Shown piece by piece: positions 45,985 to 56,133 of a DNA stretch of 64,000 nucleotides. The DNA lies in assembly GCA_963692865.2 (NCBI GenBank), contig OY843592.1, positions 2,656,001-2,720,000 on the forward strand, read 5' to 3'. A program made the position numbers and the translations under genes. Origin of the DNA: a bacterium. GTDB taxonomy: Bacteria > UBA8248. Each line of letters opens with the position of its first letter. Position 1 is the first letter of the stretch. Under the pieces are notes generated by a model. The model was not told the DNA's origin, ran no database searches, and saw only the letters and a list, made by a program, of their open reading frames with translations.

Positions 45985-47082
45985 GTGTCATTCGTCGAAA
46001 TCACGAAGCTGGTGAAGTCATTCGGGCCCGAAGTGGCCGTGGCGGGAATCGACTTGTCCGTCGAACAGGGCGAGTTCGTCACCCTGCTGGGACCTTCGGG
46101 CTGCGGAAAGACCACGACGCTCCGGTGCATCGCGGGCCTCGAACACCCAGACAGCGGCGACATTCAAATCGAGGGGGACTACGTCACCTCCGTGTCGAAC
46201 GAAGTTTTCCTGACGCCCGAGGAGAGAAACCTCGGCATGGTGTTCCAGAGCTACGCCGTCTGGCCGCACATGACGGTCTTCGACAACGTGGCTTACGGCC
46301 TGAGGATCCGCCGCGAAACCAGGGCCGCCATCAAGGAGAAAACGACAAAGGCGCTCGACCTCGTGGGTCTCGGCCACCTCGCCGAGCGCTACGCCACCAA
46401 GCTCTCCGGCGGGCAGCGCCAGCGCGTCGCCCTCGCCCGCGCCATCGTCTACAACCCCAAGGTGGTGCTGTTCGACGAGCCGCTGAGCAACCTCGACGCC
46501 AAACTCCGCGAGCAGATGCGCATCGAACTCACGCGGCTGCAGCACGACGTGGGCATCACCTCGATATACGTCACGCACGACCAGACGGAGGCGCTCGTCA
46601 TGAGCGACAGGGTCGTGGTGATGGACAAGGGCGTGATTCAGCAAATCGGCGACCCCGAGGCCATCTACGCTGAGCCCACGAACGCCTTCGTGGCGAATTT
46701 CATCGGCGTGGCGAACCTTTTGGAAGGAAAACTGCTCGGCCACGACGGGGAACTGACGGACCTGGAAATTCCCTTGGGCGACGGGAATGCCCCCGTTCGT
46801 CTCAAGGCCACCGGCGCGGAAGGCGCCTCGGTTGGCGCAAGGATCATTCTGAGCATCCGCCCCGAGGACATCCTGTTGCACCTTGAAAAACCGGCCGATG
46901 CGATGAACCTCATCGAAGGCGAGGTGATCGACACCGTATATCTGGGCAACTTCCTCGACTGCCAGGTCCGGGTCGGCCCGCACGAGGTGGGCGTGCAAAT
47001 CGACCACTTCGAGGAACTCGAAACCGGCCAGAAGGTGTATCTCTCCTTCACACCCGATCACGGCCTTTGCCTGACCGAATAG
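45985..47082 (+). CDS. ABC transporter ATP-binding protein (FbpC/PotA-like), copy 2
   Basis: GPSGCGKTT, LSGGQRQR, FDEPLSNLD, TOBE domain. Confidence 0.94.
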   Translation: MSFVEITKLVKSFGPEVAVAGIDLSVEQGEFVTLLGPSGCGKTTTLRCIAGLEHPDSGDIQIEGDYVTSVSNEVFLTPEERNLGMVFQSYAVWPHMTVFDNVAYGLRIRRETRAAIKEKTTKALDLVGLGHLAERYATKLSGGQRQRVALARAIVYNPKVVLFDEPLSNLDAKLREQMRIELTRLQHDVGITSIYVTHDQTEALVMSDRVVVMDKGVIQQIGDPEAIYAEPTNAFVANFIGVANLLEGKLLGHDGELTDLEIPLGDGNAPVRLKATGAEGASVGARIILSIRPEDILLHLEKPADAMNLIEGEVIDTVYLGNFLDCQVRVGPHEVGVQIDHFEELETGQKVYLSFTPDHGLCLTE

Positions 47083-47086
47083 GCCC

Positions 47087-48133
47087 ATGCCCCCCCGCTC
47101 CCAAGCAATCCCCAAACTTCTGGCGGGAGGGGACATCGCCATCAACCGCGCGGAGGAGAAAGGCGCTTTCGGAAGACTGATTCCCCTCCTCAGAGAAGCG
47201 GACGTCTCCTTCGCCAATCTGGAACTGCCTCTATCCCGCGGCGGAAAACCCGCGCCCGAGAAAATCCTGCTGCGCGGCGCGCCGGACATGGCCCGCGCTC
47301 TCACCGAAGCCGGCTTCGACGTCATGGCCTTTGCGAACAACCATGTGCTCGACTATGGAGAAAACGCCTTTGCGGAAACCATATCGCTCATGGATTCCCT
47401 GGGCGTTGCGCTCGTGGGCGGCGGAATGAACCTCACGCAGGCGAGAAAACCGGTTCTCATCAAGCGCGGAGGTCTCAAGATAGGCTTTCTGGCGTATTGC
47501 TCCGTCATCCCGAGGGGTTTCGAGGCATCGGCCACGGAGCCGGGCGTGAACCCCGTACGCGCCCACACGGCCTACCGTCCCTGGCGCGACCTCTCGGAAT
47601 ACCCCGGCACCCCGCCGCGAATCGACACCTGGGCGGAACCCGCCCATCTCGCGCGCATGAAGCGCGACATCAGGAGTTTGAGGAAAAAAGCGGACCTGGT
47701 CGTCGTGAACCACCACTGGGGCACGAGCATGACGCACGAGGTGATGGCTTTCGAGCGCGAAATCGCGCACGCGAGCGTCGACGCGGGCGCCGACCTCGTC
47801 TTGGGAGGACATCCGCACGTTCTACAGGCGATTGAGTTCCACAAGGGCGCGCCCATCGTCTACAGCATGGGAAACCTGATATTCGATTTCGAGATTCCAT
47901 TCTTCACGGATGAGACTCACGACACCTTCCTCTTCGGCTGCGCCCTGACGAAAAAGGGAGTGCGGGAACCCTACCTCATTCCCGTAACGGCCGGCGTGTT
48001 CTCAAAGCCTAGGCTCCATTCTCCCAAACGGGGCGAGGGCCGCAGAATCGTAGAGGTCATGAACGCGCTGAACGAGCCTTTCGGGACGAAGCTGGAAGTC
48101 CAGGACGAGCGGGTTTTGATATCCGCCCCGTGA
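47087..48133 (+). CDS. CapA-family metallophosphoesterase-like protein
   Basis: GGD, ANLE, ANNHVLDYG, HHWG, GGHPHVLQ, YSMGN. Confidence 0.9.
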   Translation: MPPRSQAIPKLLAGGDIAINRAEEKGAFGRLIPLLREADVSFANLELPLSRGGKPAPEKILLRGAPDMARALTEAGFDVMAFANNHVLDYGENAFAETISLMDSLGVALVGGGMNLTQARKPVLIKRGGLKIGFLAYCSVIPRGFEASATEPGVNPVRAHTAYRPWRDLSEYPGTPPRIDTWAEPAHLARMKRDIRSLRKKADLVVVNHHWGTSMTHEVMAFEREIAHASVDAGADLVLGGHPHVLQAIEFHKGAPIVYSMGNLIFDFEIPFFTDETHDTFLFGCALTKKGVREPYLIPVTAGVFSKPRLHSPKRGEGRRIVEVMNALNEPFGTKLEVQDERVLISAP

Positions 48134-48221
48134 GGAGCCATCCTTACATAGCCACGCATTGCCCTCTTCGAACGCAAAACGGCTACTAAATCCGGGTGGA
48201 ATCCAGCTTTTCGGGATTCCT

Positions 48222-48587
48222 CTAACTCAACACCCCGTCCGCATCGCGAACCGGCCCCTTGATGATGATGGCCTGCATTTTCTCGCCCACGGCTGCGGTC
48301 TTGTGCTCCATCCCCGCCGGGATGAACGCCACCGCGCCCGGATAGAGGTCGATTTTCTCGCCGTGCGTCTCCGTATAGCCCTGGCCGCTCAGCACCCAGA
48401 TGACTTCCTCCTGTCCGGGGTGCGCGTGCGGCTCATGCGGGGTCGCCGGGTCGTACTCGGTGAGTCCCACGCGCACGTGTTCGGAGCCGTTGGCGGTCGG
48501 GCTGACCAGAATTTTCGTCTGCCCCCAATCCACGGGCTTGAAGTCGGCTTTCCCAACGTCCACCACTGATTTTTCCGGCATTTTCAT
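48222..48587 (-). CDS. Cupin domain protein
   Basis: HEPHAHPGQEEVIWVLSGQG...FIPAGMEH. Confidence 0.9.
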   Translation of the reverse strand: MKMPEKSVVDVGKADFKPVDWGQTKILVSPTANGSEHVRVGLTEYDPATPHEPHAHPGQEEVIWVLSGQGYTETHGEKIDLYPGAVAFIPAGMEHKTAAVGEKMQAIIIKGPVRDADGVLS

Positions 48588-48625
48588 CTCCTATATTCTA
48601 CTTGAATAATTCCGCTTAACTATTT

Positions 48626-49681
48626 CTATTTTAACCTGTTTCTTACGGCGTCGCCGCATTCTTTCGTGTTCAGACGGCCCCCGATGTCCGTCGTGCGCTC
48701 CCCATGCGCGATGGCTTCTTCCACAGCGCGTCGGATGGAGGCTCCACCCTCCGCGCAGCCAAGGTGATCCAGCAAAAGAGCGCCCGTCAAAATGGCCGCC
48801 ATGGGGTTGGCGACCCCGCGGCCGTAGATGTCGGGCGCCGTGCCGTGCACCGGCTCGAACATCGAGACGCCCTCCAAATTCACGTTCGCGGAAGGCGCAA
48901 GGCCCAGCCCGCCCACGAGGCCCGAGGTGACGTCGCTCAGGATGTCGCCGAACATGTTGTTGGTGACGATGACGTCGAATTCCGCCGGGTGCTGGATCAC
49001 CTCCATCGCCACGGCGTCGATGTGCTTGGCCTCGGATTCTACATCCTCAAAATCCGCCCGCACCTCATCGAAAACGCGCCGCCAGATTCCTCCCGCGTAG
49101 CGAAGCCCGCTCGCCTTGTCCGCCATCGTTACTTTTCGGCGTTTATGACGCCTCGCGAACTCGAACGACGCCCGGATGACGCGCTCCACGCCCTTGTAGG
49201 TGTGCACTTCTTCCTGCAGGGCGACCTCGTCTTTCGTTCCCCGCTTGAAAAACCCGCCCACGTTCACGAACAGGCCCTCGGTGTTCTCGCGCACGACGAC
49301 GTGGTCGATGTCGCCCGCGCCCATGTTCTTGAGCGGCGTCAGATCCTCATGGTAGAGCCGGCAGGGGCGGATATTCGCGTACAGGTCGAGCCCGAAGCGG
49401 ACCCCGAGAATCACCTGTTCCTGTACGATTGAGCCGGGAACTCTCGGGTCACCGACGGCCCCTTGAAACACGGCGTCGAAGCCCGCCCGAAGCGCATCAC
49501 AGCCGTCTTCGGGCATCCCCCTGCCCTGTTCCAGATATCTATCGCTTCCCCAGTCGAAGTATTCGAACTCCACCGGAAACGAGGCCGCCCCGGCCGCCGC
49601 CTTGAGCGTCTCCTCCGCCTCGGGCATCACCTCGTTCGCGATTCCGTCTCCGCGCACCACCGCTATGCGAGCCACTCTCAT
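48626..49681 (-). CDS. Isocitrate/isopropylmalate/tartrate dehydrogenase family protein
   Basis: GDGIANEV, GAVGDPRVP, VRENTEG, TNNMFGDILSD, MFEPVHGTAPDI; start at ATG 49681. Confidence 0.92.
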   Translation of the reverse strand: MRVARIAVVRGDGIANEVMPEAEETLKAAAGAASFPVEFEYFDWGSDRYLEQGRGMPEDGCDALRAGFDAVFQGAVGDPRVPGSIVQEQVILGVRFGLDLYANIRPCRLYHEDLTPLKNMGAGDIDHVVVRENTEGLFVNVGGFFKRGTKDEVALQEEVHTYKGVERVIRASFEFARRHKRRKVTMADKASGLRYAGGIWRRVFDEVRADFEDVESEAKHIDAVAMEVIQHPAEFDVIVTNNMFGDILSDVTSGLVGGLGLAPSANVNLEGVSMFEPVHGTAPDIYGRGVANPMAAILTGALLLDHLGCAEGGASIRRAVEEAIAHGERTTDIGGRLNTKECGDAVRNRLK

Positions 49682-49851
49682 CTCTCCCCAGTTCCAGAGC
49701 GCATTTCCCGAAAAGAAGCGCATTTTGACAAAAGGCGAGCGCAACCCGCAAGGCGAAGCGCTGCCCTGCAAGACTTCCCGAAAAACGCAAAGACGGGCTA
49801 ATATGGCGCGGCATTCAAGGCGTCATCGTCGGTCAATATATTTTCGAGGAG

Positions 49852-50955
49852 ATGTTCATGGTCGAGTCCGGTCCACTGCCCGAAGGCACGGTGCGGTTCC
49901 CCGCAGAAGTCATCGAAGAGTTCGTCTACACCATATTCCGCAGTAAGCACGTGCCCGAGGACGACGCCCGCCTGGTGGCGAAAGTATTGGTCAGCGCCGA
50001 TTTGAGAGGCATCCGCAGCCACGGGGCGGCGCGGCTGACCTTCTTCATGGTTCGCCTCGAAAACGGCGTGCTCAACAACAGGCCCGACATGAAGTTCCAC
50101 AAGGGAAGCGACACCACCGGCCTTCTCGACGCGGACGACGCCATCGGCATCGTCGCCTCGAACCGCGCAATGGACGAAGCCCTCGCCATGGCGGAAAAAC
50201 ACGGCTCCGGCTTCGTGACAGTACGCAACAGCAGCCACTTCGGCTACGCGGGCTATTGGGCGAAAAAGGCGATGGAGGCGGGCTACATCGGCATCAGCAT
50301 GACGAACGGCGGTCGCCGCACGGCGCCCACTTTCGGAGCGGAGGCGCTCTTCGGCACCAATCCGATGAGCGTGGCGATACCCGGCGGGCCGGGCGGGACC
50401 GACTTTCACCTCGATATGGCCACCGCCGTGACGGCCGTCGGCAAAATCGAGACGGCCCTGCGCGAGGGCCGGGAAATCCCCAAAGGCTGGGTGCTCTCCT
50501 CGCTTGGAACGCCCACGCTCAACGAGAAGAGCATACTGAACTACGAGGTGCCTCTCGCGCCCCTGGGCGGCGAGGGCGACGAAACCGGCGGCCACAAGGG
50601 TTACGGTTTACAACTGATGATCGAGCTTCTATGCGGCGTGCTCTCGGGCGCGGGTCTCGAAAACCGCATGGCGGGGGCTGCGGGAACGGCGAAATCCGCT
50701 ACGGGCCATTTCATGGGCGCGATCAAGATGTCGGGCTTCCGGGACCTGTCCGCCATGTTCGGCGACATGGGAAGACTCTTCAAGACCATCCGTGGGGCGA
50801 AGAAGGCGCCGGGCCACGATCGCATCTACATTCACGGCGAGCCGGAGGCGATCGCCGAGGAGGAGAACAGGCGGGTCGGCGTGCCCATAACGCCCGCCGT
50901 CCTGGAGCAGATACAAAAGCTGAACGAGGAACTCGAACTCGGGTTTGAGCTTTAA
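49852..50955 (+). CDS. Ldh_2 family (malate/L-sulfolactate/ureidoglycolate) dehydrogenase
   Basis: ADLRGIRSHG, NSSHFG, GTNP, LDMAT, GHKGYGL. Confidence 0.92.
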   Translation: MFMVESGPLPEGTVRFPAEVIEEFVYTIFRSKHVPEDDARLVAKVLVSADLRGIRSHGAARLTFFMVRLENGVLNNRPDMKFHKGSDTTGLLDADDAIGIVASNRAMDEALAMAEKHGSGFVTVRNSSHFGYAGYWAKKAMEAGYIGISMTNGGRRTAPTFGAEALFGTNPMSVAIPGGPGGTDFHLDMATAVTAVGKIETALREGREIPKGWVLSSLGTPTLNEKSILNYEVPLAPLGGEGDETGGHKGYGLQLMIELLCGVLSGAGLENRMAGAAGTAKSATGHFMGAIKMSGFRDLSAMFGDMGRLFKTIRGAKKAPGHDRIYIHGEPEAIAEEENRRVGVPITPAVLEQIQKLNEELELGFEL

Positions 50956-51125
50956 GGCGTCTAGCCGCACCGATGAGGGAAAACCACCGTCAAAAACAAA
51001 GGCGGACGGAAGCGGGGGTCCGCCCTTACGAAGGATGAATCTTGACCCAAAAACGAGGGCTTACCGGCCCAGACGCGGGAGGGAGGGTGATTCTCGCTCG
51101 CCCGGAGGAGCGCCGGGAAATTCGC

Positions 51126-51713
51126 CTAGGAGCCGGCGGCCCGCTTGAGGTAGGCGACGACCTCGGGCGCGTCCCATTTGCGAACGCCGATAATCTTCTG
51201 AAGGAGACGGCCCTGGCGGTCCACGATAAAAGTCTCCGGCACGCCGGTCGTGCGGTAGAGCTTCTTGATGCTACCGCGCGGGTCGAGAAGAACCGGAAAC
51301 GAGAGGCCGAAGCGCTCGACGAATTTCCGTACCGCGTCCGCCCCCAGCGCGTCGATGCTCACCGCCAGTATCTCGAACGGCGCGCCTTCCCTTTTCATCC
51401 GGGCGTAGAGGCGCTGCAAATCCGGCATTTCATCCAGGCACGGCACGCACCACGTGGCCCACACGTTGATGAGCACCACCTTGTTCTTTTGGTTCATGAG
51501 GGAGGCGCTCCCCCCGCCCAGAAGCGGGTACTCGAAAGGGGGAGCCCGGCCGCCGATTTCGGGATTGGGCGCGGGCGCTTGCTCGACGCGTTCCGTCGTC
51601 AGGCGCTCGCCCACCGCCCAGAGCAGCGTAATCAATACCGGCGCCAGGATGAACGAAACGGCCAGCCTCTTGGCCTTTCGCTGATCGGAACCCGGGTTTT
51701 TCGACGCTTCCAT
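51126..51713 (-). CDS. TlpA/ResA-like membrane-anchored thiol-disulfide oxidoreductase
   Basis: N-terminal TM segment, WATWCVPC, GVPETF. Confidence 0.9.
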   Translation of the reverse strand: MEASKNPGSDQRKAKRLAVSFILAPVLITLLWAVGERLTTERVEQAPAPNPEIGGRAPPFEYPLLGGGSASLMNQKNKVVLINVWATWCVPCLDEMPDLQRLYARMKREGAPFEILAVSIDALGADAVRKFVERFGLSFPVLLDPRGSIKKLYRTTGVPETFIVDRQGRLLQKIIGVRKWDAPEVVAYLKRAAGS

Positions 51714-51717
51714 ATTT

Positions 51718-52401
51718 TCAGCTTTTCTCGCCGAGCAGGTGCCCCACCAAAGCGAAGGCGGCCTCGCTGTCCCATTCGCGGGCTCCTGCACCGTAGCCCG
51801 CCACCCGGCCTTTTCTGTCCACGAGATACGTCGTCGGCAGGCCACGCACCTTGTAGAGCGCCTTCGCCTTGTGCTCGGGGTCGAGGACGATGGGAAAAGT
51901 CAGCTTCAGCTTCGCGACGAATTCACGCACATCATCTTCATTGCCCTGATCCAGCGATACCGCCACGATCTCGAGCCCTTGCGGCTTATATTTCGCATAA
52001 AGCCGCTCCATCGAGGGCATTTCCCGAATGCACGGCTGGCACCACGTCGCCCAGAAATTCACCAGGACAAGCTTTCCTGCGTGCCGCGCGAGAGCATGAT
52101 TCTGCCCATCCAGGGCTTTGAGCAGCACATCCGGCGCATCGGCGCGCTTGACCTGCTTCAAAAAACTCATGTCGCGGTATAAGGCAGCGTCATCCCCCGC
52201 CTGCGCTTTGCTCTTTACCTGCTGCTGCTTTGTCTCCGCCTCATGCGTCGGAGTCACTTCTTGATTTCCGAAATACACGATCATCCAGACTACCAGGACG
52301 AGACTAATCACCATCCCGATCAACCGCCACTTGATGCTCCGGCGGGGCGTTGAGAGCCCATCGAGACTTCTGGCGAGTTCGGTTTTGGGATTATAAGTCA
52401 T
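51718..52401 (-). CDS. TlpA/ResA-like membrane-anchored thiol-disulfide oxidoreductase
   Basis: TM segment, NFWATWCQPC, GLPTTY; start at ATG 52401. Confidence 0.9.
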   Translation of the reverse strand: MTYNPKTELARSLDGLSTPRRSIKWRLIGMVISLVLVVWMIVYFGNQEVTPTHEAETKQQQVKSKAQAGDDAALYRDMSFLKQVKRADAPDVLLKALDGQNHALARHAGKLVLVNFWATWCQPCIREMPSMERLYAKYKPQGLEIVAVSLDQGNEDDVREFVAKLKLTFPIVLDPEHKAKALYKVRGLPTTYLVDRKGRVAGYGAGAREWDSEAAFALVGHLLGEKS

Positions 52402-52432
52402 CTGCAAACTCCCGGCGGCGAAGTATGGCGGC

Positions 52433-52921
52433 TCACCCCTCGAAATCACCAAGTTCGCGCCTAAGGCGATTTTCCAAGGGGTCATCCGAGGCGGTTTCTT
52501 GAGGGACTTCTCCTCCCGCCTCGTTTTGCTCGGCGTCGTCGGGGCGCTTCGTCCACGCCCTCACGAGTACGAAGACCACGCCGAAGCCCGCCAGCACCCC
52601 CCCGAAAGGAAGAAGCCATGCGGTGAGATAAAAACCCTCCGCCGGTGGTTTCGGCAGGACTTCCCGGCCGTAAACTTCTACGAAATACCGGACGATCTGC
52701 TCTTTCGTCTCCCCGGCGAATATCTTGCGGCGAACGAGTTCCCTGAGCTGGGCGCCTTCGCTGCTCGGGCAGTCGTGGAGCAATTTCCCCGGACACACCG
52801 GACTCATGAGCTCCCCCGCCACTTCGGAGAAGGTGGTCTTGGCTCCCGGCGAGGCGGCTCTGGCCTCCGGATGCGCGCAGAATGCGAGCACGAGGCATAC
52901 GGCGAGACAAAAGCGCATCAT
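52433..52921 (-). CDS. ccmH: Cytochrome c biogenesis protein CcmH
   Basis: Signal peptide, ELMSPVCPG..DCPS, EQIVRYFVEVYGREVLPKP, WLLP TM segment. Confidence 0.85.
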   Translation of the reverse strand: MMRFCLAVCLVLAFCAHPEARAASPGAKTTFSEVAGELMSPVCPGKLLHDCPSSEGAQLRELVRRKIFAGETKEQIVRYFVEVYGREVLPKPPAEGFYLTAWLLPFGGVLAGFGVVFVLVRAWTKRPDDAEQNEAGGEVPQETASDDPLENRLRRELGDFEG

Positions 52922-53052
52922 GGGGAATCTCCCCTGGATTTAAGTTTTTTCTCCTCCTCGACCAAATTATCCATTCGCGTCTTGAGAGTCCACCAGTAAA
53001 TCGCAAAGCCGCCCAGAACGACGATGTACGCCGCCGTCACGTAGCCCATCAT
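52918..53052 (-). CDS. CcmD-like small membrane protein
   Basis: MMGYVTAAYIVVLGGFAIYWWTL plus a basic tail; overlaps the ccmC stop and ccmH start. Confidence 0.75.
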   Translation of the reverse strand: MMGYVTAAYIVVLGGFAIYWWTLKTRMDNLVEEEKKLKSRGDSP

Positions 53053-53744
53053 CCTCCCTCCCGCGCAGAGCGCGCCTGTTCCACCCGCGCCTTCAGGCGC
53101 TCGATTTGCGCGCGCTTTCTGGCGAAACAGGCGAAAAGGAGCGTAAAGGCCAGCAGGGTGCTCCACAAGGCGACGTGCATGGAATCGGGCAGGTCCCTTA
53201 AGCCCCCCGAGCGCATCACCACGGGCTTTGGATGCAGCGTGCGCCACCATTCCACCGACATGTGCACGATGGGCACGTTCAAAAAGCCGATGATCCCCAT
53301 CACGGCGGCGAAGCGCGCCCTCTGGTCCGGCTCCGTCATGTAGGCGCGCAGCATGAGATACCCCACGTATATCATCCACAGGATGAGCGTGGTGGTGAGC
53401 CGCGCGTCCCACGTCCACCACACGCCCCACACCGGTCGCGCCCAGATGGGTCCCGTGATGAGCACCAGCGTGCAAAAGACGACCCCCGCTTCCGCGGAGG
53501 CGTGCGCGCGAACGTCGTCTTCAGGGTTTCTCGTGACGAGATATTTTATCGAGAAGATGAAAACGAGAAAAAAAGCGAAAAACGCCACCCAGGCCGAGGG
53601 CACGTGGATGTAGAAAATCCGCTGCGGCGTCCCCTGGAGCCTGTCGGTTCCTGCAACGAACAAATCCGCATATATGGCGAAGGCGAGAATGATCAGAGTG
53701 AACACCGGCAACCAAATGAACGCCCCCCGCTCGTTTTGATCCAT
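53049..53744 (-). CDS. ccmC: Heme exporter/chaperone loader CcmC
   Basis: IFYIHVPSAW, WARPVWGVWWTWDARLT (WWD domain), WWRTLHP. Confidence 0.93.
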   Translation of the reverse strand: MDQNERGAFIWLPVFTLIILAFAIYADLFVAGTDRLQGTPQRIFYIHVPSAWVAFFAFFLVFIFSIKYLVTRNPEDDVRAHASAEAGVVFCTLVLITGPIWARPVWGVWWTWDARLTTTLILWMIYVGYLMLRAYMTEPDQRARFAAVMGIIGFLNVPIVHMSVEWWRTLHPKPVVMRSGGLRDLPDSMHVALWSTLLAFTLLFACFARKRAQIERLKARVEQARSAREGG

Positions 53745-53826
53745 CAAACCCTTCTCCCGGCGGCGCGAAACGGCGGCCTGCAAATATAAAGTATTCCAGT
53801 ACATATAGAAACATAAGGCATTGATA

Positions 53827-54516
53827 TTATTCTTCTAATATATATTCAAAAACAACAGAGGCGGCCACCAAGAATACCACATCATACACCAACATCAAGC
53901 GAATCCAATCTACCGAATCCGCCCATCCACCCCCGCCGAGATGGGCTTCCGTCGCCTTTACGGCGGCTATCAGGACTGGCACGAGAACGGGAAACATCAG
54001 GACGGGCAGCAATACCTCGCGCGTTCGCGTGCGCGCGCTCATGGCGGAGAAAAGCGCGCCGGCGGCCGCAATTCCGATGGTCGCGCAAACAGCGACGAGC
54101 GCGAGAACGCCTGCCGATTTCCACACGTCCGCCTGGTAGAGAACCGCCAGAACGACGAAGCCCACCAACTCCATGATCCCCATCAAAACGACCGCAGAAG
54201 CCACTTTGCCGAGATACAGCGCAGAAGGATCGGCGGGGCTTGCGTACATGGCAGAAAAGCCCGCGCTCTCGCGCTCGACGCCCATCGTGCGGGACAGTCC
54301 GATGACGCTGGCGAACAGGAACGATATCCACAAGATTCCCGCCTGTAAGGCGCGGGCGTTCTCCCGGCTTCCGCCTCCCGGCCCGAAGGCGAAGCTGAAC
54401 AGCGTCAGCACGAGCAGCGCGAAAACCACCATAACGAAGAGGCTTTCCCTCGTCCGCCATTCGAGGCGCAGATCCTTTTCCGCCACAGCAAGGAAGACGG
54501 AGAAAAAACGCCTCAT
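53827..54516 (-). CDS. ccmB: Heme exporter protein CcmB
   Basis: KDLRLEWRTRE, LLPVLMFPVLVPVLIAAV. Confidence 0.92.
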   Translation of the reverse strand: MRRFFSVFLAVAEKDLRLEWRTRESLFVMVVFALLVLTLFSFAFGPGGGSRENARALQAGILWISFLFASVIGLSRTMGVERESAGFSAMYASPADPSALYLGKVASAVVLMGIMELVGFVVLAVLYQADVWKSAGVLALVAVCATIGIAAAGALFSAMSARTRTREVLLPVLMFPVLVPVLIAAVKATEAHLGGGGWADSVDWIRLMLVYDVVFLVAASVVFEYILEE

Positions 54517-55226
54517 GCCGAGCCTCCGGTGGAATCATCGAAAGCGGCCATCACTTCTTCCTGGCTCGAATTTTCCGCATCTTCCTCATATACGAGCCTG
54601 CCCCCTGCCAAAACGGCGATTTTATCGCTCATCTCGAAGGCTTTTGCGAGGTCGTGCGTCGTGAACACCATGATGCGCTCGCTGCCCCCACAAAGCGCGC
54701 CCACGACGTTCTCCAGGCGTCCCGCCGCCTCGGGGTCGAGGCCGGCGAAAGGCTCATCGAGCAGCACGATTCCGGGTTCGTGCAAAAGCGCGCGCGCCAG
54801 GGCCGCGCGCTGCCTGAGACCCTGGCTCAATACGCGCACGGGCTCATCGAGACGCTCCGAGATGTCGAGCGTCTCCGCCAAAGACCCCACACGACCCGGT
54901 ATGTCTCCGCTCGTCACGCTGAAGAGTTTGGCGAAATAATCGAGGTTTTCACGGATCGTCAGCCCCTCATAGAGCATGGGCTCGTGCGTGAGGAGGCCGA
55001 TTCCCCCTTTCGCATCGCGTGAGAGCGTCTCACCGTCCACGCGCACCGCCCCTTCAGTCGGCCTCAGCAGGCCGGCCAGGGTCTTGAGGAGAGTCGTCTT
55101 GCCAGAGCCGTTCTTGCCGAGCAGAGCGAGCGTTTCACCCGACGAGACGGCGAGATTCAAATCCCTGAGCGCCCATCTCCATCCGTATCGCCTGGATACG
55201 CCGAGAGCCTCCAGCATGTCATCCAC
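54513..55226 (-). CDS. ccmA: Heme ABC exporter ATP-binding protein CcmA
   Basis: GKNGSGKTT, LSQGLRQR, LDEPFAGLD; directly upstream of ccmB. Confidence 0.9.
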   Translation of the reverse strand: MDDMLEALGVSRRYGWRWALRDLNLAVSSGETLALLGKNGSGKTTLLKTLAGLLRPTEGAVRVDGETLSRDAKGGIGLLTHEPMLYEGLTIRENLDYFAKLFSVTSGDIPGRVGSLAETLDISERLDEPVRVLSQGLRQRAALARALLHEPGIVLLDEPFAGLDPEAAGRLENVVGALCGGSERIMVFTTHDLAKAFEMSDKIAVLAGGRLVYEEDAENSSQEEVMAAFDDSTGGSA

Positions 55227-56133
55227 CCTCTTGGTCTGAGAGTTCTTTCAGGCGCTCGAAACGCGGGGCGCGCTCGTCAGCGTGCTCCTCGGAGGATATC
55301 TCTCCCGAAGCGAGTCTGTCGTCGAGCACCGCGATGGCGCGCAATATCTCCTCTCGCTCCACCTGGGCGGAGTAGGCCATGTTCCTTCTCTTGCGGACGT
55401 AGAATCCAAGTCCCAAGCTCAAGACGACTACAACGCCCCCCACGACGTAAAAAACGCCGAGACCGCCCATCGACTCGGGCGCCTGCATGTCGATTTGCAC
55501 CACCGTTCCCGCATCGGCGGCGCCCACGAAACGGTTGTATTCGCGGTTCTGAAACTCGACGGCGGGCTGAGCGGCAAGACCGATAGCCTGAGCCTGCACA
55601 CGGTCCTTCTCGGGCAGGACGGCCAGGCTCGGCGTGTCGTAGAGAATCGGCTTCTCCACCCGGATGCCGCCGAATTCATCCGCCAGGCGATAGAGGAGGA
55701 CGACGAACTTCCGCCCCGGCGGTATGGGTTCGCTCGTCCGAAGTTCATCCCCCACCGAAGCGAGATATTTCGGATCCAGCCCGGCGGGCGCTGCGCCCCA
55801 GCTCGCCCTGGGATTTCTGACGTTGCTGCTTCTCGGCAACGCGAATCGAAGCGTGGGAGCGCCTCCCCTCGACACGATGGTGGCGCTTCCCTCGTTCTCG
55901 AAATCCATCATCTCCACCACCTCGAAAAACCCCTTCTCGAGCCGGATCGTGAGGATGTTGCGCCTGAGCTTGAGGCGGGAGAGGTCCGTGGTCGCAGGGC
56001 CCGAGATTGCGGTTTTCGCCCTTGGAGGCGCGGCCTGGAGTTTCGCCGGACCCGCGGATGAGAAAAGAGGCGAGAAGCAAAGAACGAACAAGCCCGGAAT
56101 GAGCAGCCTGCGGACGGCGGCGATTCGCTTCAA
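55219..56133 (-). CDS. Hypothetical exported, membrane-anchored protein in the ccm operon
   Basis: Signal peptide, beta-rich periplasmic domain, C-terminal TM segment and IAVLDDRLASGEIS short helical motif. Confidence 0.7.
   Translation of the reverse strand: MKRIAAVRRLLIPGLFVLCFSPLFSSAGPAKLQAAPPRAKTAISGPATTDLSRLKLRRNILTIRLEKGFFEVVEMMDFENEGSATIVSRGGAPTLRFALPRSSNVRNPRASWGAAPAGLDPKYLASVGDELRTSEPIPPGRKFVVLLYRLADEFGGIRVEKPILYDTPSLAVLPEKDRVQAQAIGLAAQPAVEFQNREYNRFVGAADAGTVVQIDMQAPESMGGLGVFYVVGGVVVVLSLGLGFYVRKRRNMAYSAQVEREEILRAIAVLDDRLASGEISSEEHADERAPRFERLKELSDQEGG

Noticed and set aside
47087-48133. CapA as evidence of a poly-gamma-glutamate capsule
   Set aside because: No capB/capC nearby; CapA domains are widespread stand-alone metallo-enzymes.
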